Shown piece by piece: positions 8,614-16,071 of a stretch of 18,971 nt of DNA (its first letter is position 1; every line of letters begins with the position of its first letter). Position numbers and translations under genes: made by a program. The stretch lies in contig CAMTVD010000031.1 in NCBI GenBank assembly GCA_947085095.1, positions 1-18,971 of the forward strand, given 5' to 3'. Below the pieces are notes generated by a model. It saw only the letters and a list, made by a program, of their open reading frames with translations. It searched no databases and was not told where the DNA came from. The DNA is from an uncultured Thermus sp. GTDB taxonomy: Bacteria; Deinococcota; Deinococci; Deinococcales; Thermaceae.

Positions 8614-8644
8614 GGGACAGGTGGCGAGGTCTTCCGTGGCTTTA

Positions 8645-8689
8645 TTTACTAAGCGCGCTGAGTAAAAATACTTACTGTGCTGAGCAAAA
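8645..8689. promoter_or_regulatory. Operator-like 22 bp palindrome TTTACTAAGCGCGCTGAGTAAA, plus a repeated half-site over the ATPase start
   Basis: 8645-8666 is an inverted repeat with one mismatched pair. GCTGAGTAAAA (8657-8667) recurs as GCTGAGCAAAA (8679-8689). The patch is AT-rich in a GC-rich background. Confidence 0.55.
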
Positions 8690-9864
8690 TCACCTTCACC
8701 CGTCCCCAAACCCAGGAACTGCTAAGGCGGCTCAAAGCGCCCCGCCACCTGCTTCAGGTGGTCCTAGGCCCCAGGCAGGTAGGCAAGACCACCCTGGCCC
8801 TACAGGTGGCCCAGACCTCCAGCCTCCCCTACCACTACGCCTCCGCCGATGAACCCACCCTCAAGGAAGTCCCCTGGCTGGAAACCCAGTGGACCCTGGC
8901 CCGCCGCCTGGCGCAGACGGGGGAAGCCCTCCTGGTCTTGGACGAAGTCCAGAAGGTGCTGAGCTGGTCAGAAACCCTAAAGCGCCTCTGGGACGAGGAC
9001 ACCCTCCAGGGCCTTCCCCTCAAGGTGGTCCTCTTAGGTTCCTCTCCCCTACTCCTGCAGAAGGGCCTTTCTGAAAGCCTTGCTGGCCGCTTTGAGGTCC
9101 TTCACCTCCCCCACTGGACCTTTTACGAGATGGAGCGGGCCTTCGGGTACACCCTCCCCGAGTACCTTTACTTCGGGGGCTACCCGGGCGCAGCCCCCCT
9201 GCGGGGAGAACCGGAAAGGTTCGCCCGCTACATCAAAGACGCCCTTCTGGAAACCACGCTGGGACGCGATATCCTGCTCCACACCCGGGTGGAGAAACCC
9301 GCCCTCCTGCGCAGGGTCTTGGAGCTCGGTCTCCTCTACAGCGGCCAGGTGCTCTCCTACACAAAGATGCTGGGACAACTCCAGGACGCTGGGAACACGG
9401 TGACCCTGGCCCATTACCTGGAGCTCTTAGAAGGGGCGGGTCTCCTCGGCGCCCTGCAGAAGTACGCCGCCGAGCCCTTCCGGCGCCGCGCCTCGAGCCC
9501 CAAGCTCCTGACCCTGAATACGGGGCTCATCACGGCGGTCTTGGGGCTTTCCCCGGAGGAGGTGTGGGAGGACACCCCCCTCATGGGGCGGCTTGTGGAA
9601 ACCACCGTGGGCGCCCACCTTCTGGCCCACGCCCCCCACGGGGGCTTTGAGGTGTACTATTGGCGGGAGAAGGACCAGGAGGTTGACTTCGTCTTGAAGA
9701 AGGGAAAGCGCCTTCTGGCTTTGGAGGTCAAAAGCGCCCCTTCCCAAAGGACCAAAGGGCTAAAAGCCTTCACCCAGGCCTTTGGAGGAAAGGGGCTACT
9801 CCTGGGCCCAGGGGGTATCCCCCTGGAAGCCTTCCTTCGGGAGGACCCCCTGGCCTTTCTTTAG
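8677..9864 (+). CDS. AAA+ ATPase (AAA_14/COG1373 type) with DUF4143 and a C-terminal PD-(D/E)xK-like motif
   Basis: Walker A GPRQVGKTT, Walker B LLVLDEVQ, GSS, ESLAGR, GGYPG, and C-terminal YYWR....EVDFV.....LALEVKS. Confidence 0.9.
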   Translation: MLSKITFTRPQTQELLRRLKAPRHLLQVVLGPRQVGKTTLALQVAQTSSLPYHYASADEPTLKEVPWLETQWTLARRLAQTGEALLVLDEVQKVLSWSETLKRLWDEDTLQGLPLKVVLLGSSPLLLQKGLSESLAGRFEVLHLPHWTFYEMERAFGYTLPEYLYFGGYPGAAPLRGEPERFARYIKDALLETTLGRDILLHTRVEKPALLRRVLELGLLYSGQVLSYTKMLGQLQDAGNTVTLAHYLELLEGAGLLGALQKYAAEPFRRRASSPKLLTLNTGLITAVLGLSPEEVWEDTPLMGRLVETTVGAHLLAHAPHGGFEVYYWREKDQEVDFVLKKGKRLLALEVKSAPSQRTKGLKAFTQAFGGKGLLLGPGGIPLEAFLREDPLAFL

Positions 9865-9876
9865 GGCAGAAAACCC

Positions 9877-12375
9877 TCACTCCTTGGCGGAAAGCCAGTC
9901 CTCCCCCATCCCCACCTCCACCACGAGGGGCACGGAAAGGGGATAGACCCCCTCCATGACCTCCTTGGCCAGCTGGGCCACGGCCTCCGCCTGGGCCTTG
10001 GGGGCCTCGAGGACCAGCTCATCGTGCACCTGGAGGAGCATCCTGGCCCCCACTTCCTCCAGCCTGGGGAAGAGCCTCACCATGGCCAGCTTCATGAGGT
10101 CGGCGGCGGTGCCCTGGACGGGCATGTTGAAGGCCATGCGCTCCGCCGCCTCCCGCACGCTCTTCACCCGGGCCTGGAGGTCGGGCACGTAGCGGCGGCG
10201 GCCGAAGAGGGTCTCCACGTACCCCCGCCTCCTCCCCTCCTCCAGGGTCCCCTCTATCCAGGCCCGCACCCTGGGGAAGCTCTGGAAGTAGCGCCCGATG
10301 AAGGCCTGGGCCTCCTCGTAAGGGATGGAAAGCTCCTGGGAGAGGCGGTGGGCGGACATCCCGTAAAGGACGCCAAAGTTGATGGTCTTGGCCGCCCGGC
10401 GCATCAGGGGGTCCACCGCCTCCCGGGGGACGCCGAACATCCAGGCCGCCGTCTCCGTGTGGATGTCCCGCCCCTCCTGGAAGACCCTGATCAGGTTCTC
10501 GTCCCCGGAGAGGTGGGCCAGGACCCTGAGCTCTATCTGGCTGTAGTCCAAGGCGATGAGGAGCCAGCCCTCCTCGGCGAGAAAGGCCCGGCGGATCCGC
10601 TGGCCCAGGGGGGTGCGGATGGGGATGTTCTGCAGGTTGGGATCGGAGCTACTCAGCCTCCCCGTGGCCGTGGCCGTCTGGTTGAAGCGGGTGTGGAGCC
10701 GGCCCGTCCTCGGGTGGATCAGGTCCGGGAGGGGATCTATGTAGGTGCTTTTCAGCTTGCTGAGCTCCCGGTACTGGAGAATCTTCTCCACGATGGGGTG
10801 GGCCTCCCGCAGGGCCTCCAGCACAGCGGCGCTGGTGGAGCGCTTCCCCGTCTTCTCCGTCTTGCCGATGGCGGGAAGCTTAAGCTCATCAAAGAGGACC
10901 TTCTCCAGCTGGTCCCGGGAGTTGAGGTTGAAGGGGTGGCCCGCCAGGTGGAAGATCTCCCCCTCGAGGCGGGCCATCTCCTGGGCCAGCTCCAGGGAGA
11001 GGGCCTTCAGGTAGGGCACGTCCAGCCTGACCCCCGCGGCCTCCATGTGGGCCAAGACGGCGGAAAGGGGCCTCTCCACCTCCCGGTAGAGCCAAAGGAG
11101 CCGCTCCTCCCCCGCCAAGCGCCCCATGAGGTTAGTAAAGAGCCTCTCCGAAAGCAAGGCCCTCTCCCCCGCCTCCCCCGTCCACTCCCCCCCGTACCGC
11201 CGGGCCACCCCCTCGGGGGCGGTGTTGGAGGGGTCCAGGAGGTAGGCGAGGAGCATGGGGTCGTCCCCAGGAAGGAGGCGGAGGCCCTCCCTCAGGGCCA
11301 GGACGGCCAGGTCCTTGGCGAGAAGCCCCCTTATCTCCTTCAGGTCCTTCAGAGCGAGAAGGGGCTCCTTGGCCCGGTGGACCCGGCCCTCCTTGGCGGC
11401 AGCCAGGGACAAGAGCTCCGCCCACATGGGCTCCGGGCGGGAGAGCAAAAAGCCCACGAAGGCTCCTTCCGGCGGGGGCCAGGGGGCCTCTTCCAGGGCC
11501 TTGGGGCCCTCCAGGAGGCCGAACTCGTGGAGGAGGCTCCCAAACTCAAGCCTCTCCAAGAAGGCCTTGAGCCTTTCCCTATCGGGCTCCCGCCGCTTGG
11601 CGAAGTCCAAAAGAAGGGGCAGGTCTGCGCGCACCCGGGAAAGGTCCCAGGCAAGCTTTAGGTTCTCCATGTGTTCCAGAATCTTCTCCCGCACGGAGGG
11701 CTTCAGCCGGTCCAGATTTTGGAGGAGGTTTTCCAGGCTTCCCCACTCCTGGAGGAGCTTCCTGGCCGTTTTCTCCCCGATGCCCTTGACCCCCTCGAGG
11801 TTGTCCGAAGGGTCCCCAGCAAGCGCCCGGTAGTCCGCCCACTGCTCGGGCCTCAAGCCGTACTTCTCCCAGAGCCAGGCGGGGGTGAGGAGGTGCCCCT
11901 CGGGGTGGAGGATGGCGATGCGGTCGGATAGGAGCTGGTAAAGGTCTTTGTCGGCGGTGAGGATGCGCACCTCGTAGCCTTCCCGCTCCGCCTTCTTGGC
12001 CAGGGTGGCCAGGACATCATCGGCCTCGTAGCCCGGGACCTCGAGGCGCTGCAAACCCAAGAGGTCCACCAGCTCCTTGATGAGGGCAAGCTGCCGGGGG
12101 AAGTCCTCCGGGGTGGGGGCCCTTCCCGCCTTGTAGGCCTCGTAGGCCTCGTGGCGGAAGGAGGGGGCCTTGGCGTCAAAGACCACGATCACCGTGTCCC
12201 CGTCCTCCTTGAGGGCCTTGAGGAGGCTCTTGGCAAAGCCGTAGACCGCCTGCACCGGCTCGCCCTTGCTGGTGGTGAGGCCCTTCAGGGCGTAAAAGGT
12301 GCGGTAGGCCAGGTGGTGGCCGTCCACCAAAAGGACCCGGCCCTTGGGGGGAAAAAGGGGCAGCATCCCCTCCAT
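9877..12375 (-). CDS. polA: DNA polymerase I (Thermus/Taq type, 832 aa)
   Basis: 5' nuclease motifs VDGHHLAYR and YEADD. Polymerase motif A LDYSQIELR, motif B RRAAKTINFGVLYG and motif C QVHDE. A GGAGG SD precedes the ATG. Confidence 0.99.
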   Translation of the reverse strand: MEGMLPLFPPKGRVLLVDGHHLAYRTFYALKGLTTSKGEPVQAVYGFAKSLLKALKEDGDTVIVVFDAKAPSFRHEAYEAYKAGRAPTPEDFPRQLALIKELVDLLGLQRLEVPGYEADDVLATLAKKAEREGYEVRILTADKDLYQLLSDRIAILHPEGHLLTPAWLWEKYGLRPEQWADYRALAGDPSDNLEGVKGIGEKTARKLLQEWGSLENLLQNLDRLKPSVREKILEHMENLKLAWDLSRVRADLPLLLDFAKRREPDRERLKAFLERLEFGSLLHEFGLLEGPKALEEAPWPPPEGAFVGFLLSRPEPMWAELLSLAAAKEGRVHRAKEPLLALKDLKEIRGLLAKDLAVLALREGLRLLPGDDPMLLAYLLDPSNTAPEGVARRYGGEWTGEAGERALLSERLFTNLMGRLAGEERLLWLYREVERPLSAVLAHMEAAGVRLDVPYLKALSLELAQEMARLEGEIFHLAGHPFNLNSRDQLEKVLFDELKLPAIGKTEKTGKRSTSAAVLEALREAHPIVEKILQYRELSKLKSTYIDPLPDLIHPRTGRLHTRFNQTATATGRLSSSDPNLQNIPIRTPLGQRIRRAFLAEEGWLLIALDYSQIELRVLAHLSGDENLIRVFQEGRDIHTETAAWMFGVPREAVDPLMRRAAKTINFGVLYGMSAHRLSQELSIPYEEAQAFIGRYFQSFPRVRAWIEGTLEEGRRRGYVETLFGRRRYVPDLQARVKSVREAAERMAFNMPVQGTAADLMKLAMVRLFPRLEEVGARMLLQVHDELVLEAPKAQAEAVAQLAKEVMEGVYPLSVPLVVEVGMGEDWLSAKE
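9882..10051. repeat. Direct repeat copy 2 (the current functional polA 3' end)
   Basis: About 96% identical to 8444-8613. Confidence 0.95.
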
Positions 12376-12376
12376 G

Positions 12377-12597
12377 TTACCCCTCCACCGCCCGGCCCCA
12401 GGGGGCCTCCTGGAGGGCTTTCAGAAACCCCCCTGCCCTTCCGGCAAGGCCTTTGGCACCGGGCCCCGGGCCTCCAGCGTGGAGGACGTCCCCGTGGCCC
12501 CCCGCGGTGCAGGGGGTCAGGCATAGCGGTTAGCGATGAGGCGGCCCTTGTGGATGAACTCCTCGTGGACCACGGGCACGGTCGGGGACAGGCTCAC
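12377..12597 (-). pseudogene. yigZ: Heavily deleted and frameshifted remnant of a YigZ/IMPACT family gene
   Basis: GTG overlaps the aroE stop (GTGA) and gives MSLSPTVPVVHEEFIHKGRLIA, like the YigZ N-terminus EE.I.KSRFIA. Internal TAG...VLHA/LEARG fragments resemble GTAG.PIL. The tail GFLKALQEAPWGRAVEG* ends 1 nt before the polA ATG. The 221 bp span is not one frame and has internal stops. Confidence 0.75.
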
Positions 12598-13391
12598 GGA
12601 ACCTCCTTGAGAGCCCTCAGGGCCGCCTCTTCCATCCCCTTAGGGTCCGGAAGAAAGCCCGTCCAGATGCGAAAGGCCAAGGCCCCCTGCCAGGCCAGCA
12701 TGGGGAGGCCCGTCTGCACCCGGAGGCCCCGGGCCTTGGCCTCCTTGAGGAAGCGGGTCCACAAGGGGCGGTAGACCAGGTCCACCGCCGCTCCCGCTTC
12801 CGGGAAAAGCTCGGCGGGGAGAGGGGTTTCCTCCGGGGCGTTGAGCCCCACGCTGGTGGCGTTGACGAGAAGCCTAGCCTCCCTGGCCCTCTCTAGGGAA
12901 ACGGCCTCCAGGCCCAGTTCCTCGGCCAGCGCCTCCGCCCGCCTTAGGGTGCGGTTCCAGACCCAGACCTCGAGGCCCGCCCCCCTCAGGGCAAAGGCCA
13001 CCGCCCGCCCCGCCCCCCCAGCCCCCAGGACCAGGGCGGGGCCTTGCAGGGGAATCCCCCCCGCCCGGAGGGCCTCCAGAAACCCTGGGGCATCGGTGTT
13101 AAAGCCGAGAAGCCTTCCCTCCACGGAAAGCACCGTGTTCACCGCACCAATGGCCTGGGCTTCCGGGGAAACCCAGTCCAAAAGGGGCAAGGCCGCCTCC
13201 TTAAGGGGGATGGTCAGGTTCACGCCCCGGTATTCCCGGCGCACCTCCTCCAGACGGTCCTTCAGGACCTCGAGGGGGGTTTCCAAGGCCTCGTAGCTTC
13301 CCTCGAGGCCCAGGGAGCTCAAGGCGTACCGGTGCATGGCCGGGGACAGGGAGTGGGCGATGGGACTGCCCAACACCGCCAGGCGCAACAT
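12594..13391 (-). CDS. aroE: Shikimate dehydrogenase
   Basis: G.PIAHSLSPAMH, GVNLTIPLK, GAVNT, NTDAPG, GAGGAGRA and ML.WQG. Start placed at ATG 13391 (MLRLAVLG). Confidence 0.96.
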   Translation of the reverse strand: MLRLAVLGSPIAHSLSPAMHRYALSSLGLEGSYEALETPLEVLKDRLEEVRREYRGVNLTIPLKEAALPLLDWVSPEAQAIGAVNTVLSVEGRLLGFNTDAPGFLEALRAGGIPLQGPALVLGAGGAGRAVAFALRGAGLEVWVWNRTLRRAEALAEELGLEAVSLERAREARLLVNATSVGLNAPEETPLPAELFPEAGAAVDLVYRPLWTRFLKEAKARGLRVQTGLPMLAWQGALAFRIWTGFLPDPKGMEEAALRALKEVP

Positions 13392-13398
13392 GAGCTTC

Positions 13399-13404
13399 AG
13401 GATA
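13399..13404 (-). promoter_or_regulatory. Putative -10 element (TATCCT) for leaderless aroE-(yigZ)-polA
   Basis: TATCCT lies 7 nt before ATG 13391. Confidence 0.55.
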
Positions 13405-13433
13405 CCCCACCCCACTCCCTCACCCAAACCGTA

Positions 13434-13439
13434 TAGAAT
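13434..13439 (+). promoter_or_regulatory. Putative -10 element (TAGAAT) for the leaderless nfeD operon
   Basis: TAGAAT lies 7 nt before GTG 13447, divergent from the aroE promoter. Confidence 0.6.
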
Positions 13440-13446
13440 AAGGACG

Positions 13447-14706
13447 GTGAAAAGGCTCCTTGCCCTATGCTTCCTGCTCTCCCTGGCCCTGGGGAAAACC
13501 TACCTCATCCCCATCCAGGGGGAGATCGACCCCGCCCTGGCCGTCTTCGTGGAGCAAGCCCTGGCCCGGGCCGAGCGGGAAGGGGCAAGTGGCGTGGCCT
13601 TCCTCATCGACACCCCGGGGGGCCGGGTGGACGCCGCCATCCGCATCTCCGACCGGATCCTGCAAACCCCCCTTCCCACCCTGGCGGTGGTGCAGAACGC
13701 CTTTTCCGCCGGGGCCCTGATCGCCCTTTCCTGCCGCCAGATGGCCATGCTGCCGGGCTCGGAGATCGGGGCAGCCCTGCCGGTGGTGGCTCTTCCCCTG
13801 CAGCAGCCCCAGGCGGCGGACCAGAAGATCATCTCCGCCCTTAAGGGCAAGTTCCGCGCGGTGGCCGAGGCCCGGGGAAGGCCGGTGGAGCTGGCGGAGG
13901 CCATGGTGGACCCCCAGGTGGAGATCCCTGGCCTCTCCGCCAAAGGAGAGCCCCTCACGCTCTCCGCCGACAAGGCGGTGGAGCTCAAGGTGGCGGACTT
14001 TAAGGCAGGAAGCCTCTCCGAGGCCCTGCGCCAGGCAGGGTACAGCCTGGAAACGGAAAGGCTTGAGCCTGGCCCTAGGGTGCAGGTGGCCCGGTTCCTC
14101 ACCAGCTCCACCGTGGCGGGGCTTCTCCTGGCCCTTGGGCTTCTTCTTCTCCTCCTCGAGCTCTTCACCCCGGGCTTTGGGGTCATGGGAACCTTGGGCC
14201 TGGCGTTTTTAGCCCTTTACTTTGCCGGGGGGTGGCTCGCCGGGCTTTCCGGGGCCTTCGAGCTGGTTCTCTTCTTCCTGGGGGTGGCCCTCCTCCTGGC
14301 CGAGGCCTTCCTCTTCCCCGGGTTTGGCATCGCTGGGGCCTTGGGCGTGGGATCCATATTGGCCTCTGTGTACTTCACCTTCGGGGAGAACGCCCTCATG
14401 GTCATCGCCATTGCGGTGATCGCTTTGGGCCTTGGCCTTCTCGTGGTCTTTCGCTTCCTACCCAGGACCCGTCCGGCAAGGGCTTTGGTGCTGGAAAGTA
14501 CCATTTCCGAACACGCCACCGGGGACGAGGTGGAGGTGGGCGCCATCGGCGTGGCCCTCACCGACCTGAGGCCTGGCGGGGTGGCCCGCTTCGGCAACAA
14601 GCGCATCGATGTAGTGGCCAACCGGGGTTTCCTGCCCAAGGGCACCACCCTTAGGGTGGTGGAGGTCAGGGGACCCACGGTGGTGGTGGAAGCCTTGGAG
14701 GAATGA
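13447..14706 (+). CDS. nfeD: NfeD family membrane-bound ClpP-class serine protease (long form)
   Basis: Signal peptide [37 protein letters not shown], a transmembrane region and a C-terminal OB fold (LTDLRPGG). Confidence 0.92.
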   Translation: MKRLLALCFLLSLALGKTYLIPIQGEIDPALAVFVEQALARAEREGASGVAFLIDTPGGRVDAAIRISDRILQTPLPTLAVVQNAFSAGALIALSCRQMAMLPGSEIGAALPVVALPLQQPQAADQKIISALKGKFRAVAEARGRPVELAEAMVDPQVEIPGLSAKGEPLTLSADKAVELKVADFKAGSLSEALRQAGYSLETERLEPGPRVQVARFLTSSTVAGLLLALGLLLLLLELFTPGFGVMGTLGLAFLALYFAGGWLAGLSGAFELVLFFLGVALLLAEAFLFPGFGIAGALGVGSILASVYFTFGENALMVIAIAVIALGLGLLVVFRFLPRTRPARALVLESTISEHATGDEVEVGAIGVALTDLRPGGVARFGNKRIDVVANRGFLPKGTTLRVVEVRGPTVVVEALEE

Positions 14707-14707
14707 T

Positions 14708-15685
14708 ATGGAAGGACTCGGCGTGCTCTTTCTGGCCTTTTTTGTTCTCATCCTCGTTTTTCTTTTCTTCAGCTTCATCCCGGTAGGCCTCTGGATCTCC
14801 GCCTGGGCCGCAGGGGTCAGGGTGCCCTTGATCACCTTGGTGGCCATGCGCCTGAGGCGGGTTCCCCCGGCCAAGATCATCTACCCCCTCATCAAGGCCA
14901 CCAAGGCGGGGCTAGACGTGCGGCTGGACCGCCTCGAGGCCCACTATCTGGCGGGGGGGAACGTGGACCGGGTGGTGGATGCCCTCATCGCCGCCGACAA
15001 GGCGGGCATCAAGCTCTCCTTTGACCGGGCGGCGGCCATTGACCTGGCGGGGCGGGATGTCTTGGAGGCGGTGCGGGTTTCCGTGAACCCCAAGGTGATC
15101 CAGACCCCCATGGTGGCGGCGGTGGCCAAGGACGGGATCCAGCTCCTGGCCACCGCCCGGGTCACGGTGCGGGCCAACATTGACCGCCTGGTGGGCGGGG
15201 CCGGGGAGGAGACCATCATCGCCCGGGTGGGGGAAGGCATCGTGACCACCATCGGCTCCGCCAACTCCCACAAGGAGGTCCTGGAAAACCCCGACCGCAT
15301 CTCCAAGACCGTGCTGGAAAAGGGCCTGGACGCGGGCACCGCCTTTGAGATCCTCTCCGTGGACATCGCCGATGTGGACGTGGGCAAGAACATCGGGGCC
15401 CAGCTCCAGATTGACCAGGCGGAGGCCGACAAGAAGATCGCCCAGGCCAAGGCGGAGGAGCGGCGGGCCATGGCCGTGGCCGCGGAGCAGGAGAACCGGG
15501 CCCTGGTGGAGGCCATGCGGGCCAAGCTGGTGGAGGCCCAGGCCCAGGTGCCCCTGGCCCTGGCCGAGGCCCTTAAGCAGGGAAATCTTGGGGTCATGGA
15601 CTACTACCGGCTGAAGAACATTGAGGCGGACACGGACATGCGGGAGTCCATCAGCCGGGCGGCCAAGCCCGAGGGTGAGGAATGA
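14708..15685 (+). CDS. floA: Flotillin-like protein FloA (YqfA family)
   Basis: [45 protein letters not shown] and GNLGVMDYY; lies downstream of nfeD. Confidence 0.95.
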   Translation: MEGLGVLFLAFFVLILVFLFFSFIPVGLWISAWAAGVRVPLITLVAMRLRRVPPAKIIYPLIKATKAGLDVRLDRLEAHYLAGGNVDRVVDALIAADKAGIKLSFDRAAAIDLAGRDVLEAVRVSVNPKVIQTPMVAAVAKDGIQLLATARVTVRANIDRLVGGAGEETIIARVGEGIVTTIGSANSHKEVLENPDRISKTVLEKGLDAGTAFEILSVDIADVDVGKNIGAQLQIDQAEADKKIAQAKAEERRAMAVAAEQENRALVEAMRAKLVEAQAQVPLALAEALKQGNLGVMDYYRLKNIEADTDMRESISRAAKPEGEE

Positions 15686-16071
15686 GCCTGGGCGACCTTC
15701 TGGGCCTCCTCTTCCTCCTCCTCTTCGTCATCCTTCCCGCGCTTCAGGGCCTGCGCCGTGCGCCCCCCACGCCCCCCGGCTTTCCCGAGGACCTGCCTCC
15801 CCTCGAGCCCCCCCCCAAGCCCAGGGCCAGGCCTAGGCCCAGGCCCAAGACCCTCCCCACCCCACCCCCCGAACCCCGGCGGCCCGAGGGGGAAAGCCTG
15901 GAACGCCTCCCTTCCCTGGAGAGAACCCCCCTCGAGGTGCGCTTCCGCGAGGAAACCCCCGAGGAAATCCCTAAAGCGAAGAAAAGGCCGCGGCTCGTCA
16001 CCACCGACCCCGAGAGCCTGCTGAAAGGGGTGATATGGCACGAAATCCTGAAGAGGCGCAGAGGCTTTTGA
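15682..16071 (+). CDS. Hypothetical membrane-anchored Pro-rich protein (positional equivalent of YqfB)
   Basis: ATGA overlap with floA, N-terminal TM helix, Pro-rich linker and C-terminal L..GVIW.EIL motif. Confidence 0.75.
   Translation: MSLGDLLGLLFLLLFVILPALQGLRRAPPTPPGFPEDLPPLEPPPKPRARPRPRPKTLPTPPPEPRRPEGESLERLPSLERTPLEVRFREETPEEIPKAKKRPRLVTTDPESLLKGVIWHEILKRRRGF

Noticed and set aside
8016..8852. 278-aa ORF spanning azlC/azlD, the polA fragment and the ATPase start
   Set aside because: It crosses unrelated modules in an off frame and has low-complexity composition.
10024..11661. Long antisense ORFs (545 aa here; also 5967..7562, 2454..3617, 736..1743 and 4639..5502)
   Set aside because: These are shadow ORFs opposite well-supported genes, expected from high-GC codon bias, and have no recognisable motifs.
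13336..13446. Extended ORF-track starts for nfeD (13336), aroE (13427), glmM (7544), azlC (7502), ybeY (17911) and dgkA (18219)
   Set aside because: The extensions overlap neighbouring genes or promoters and lack family similarity. The downstream starts have a -10 or SD, or match the family N-terminus.
15760..15880. C-rich quasi-repeats (CCCAGGGCCAGGCCTAGGCCCAGGCCCAAG)
   Set aside because: Explained by the Pro/Arg-rich linker coding sequence.
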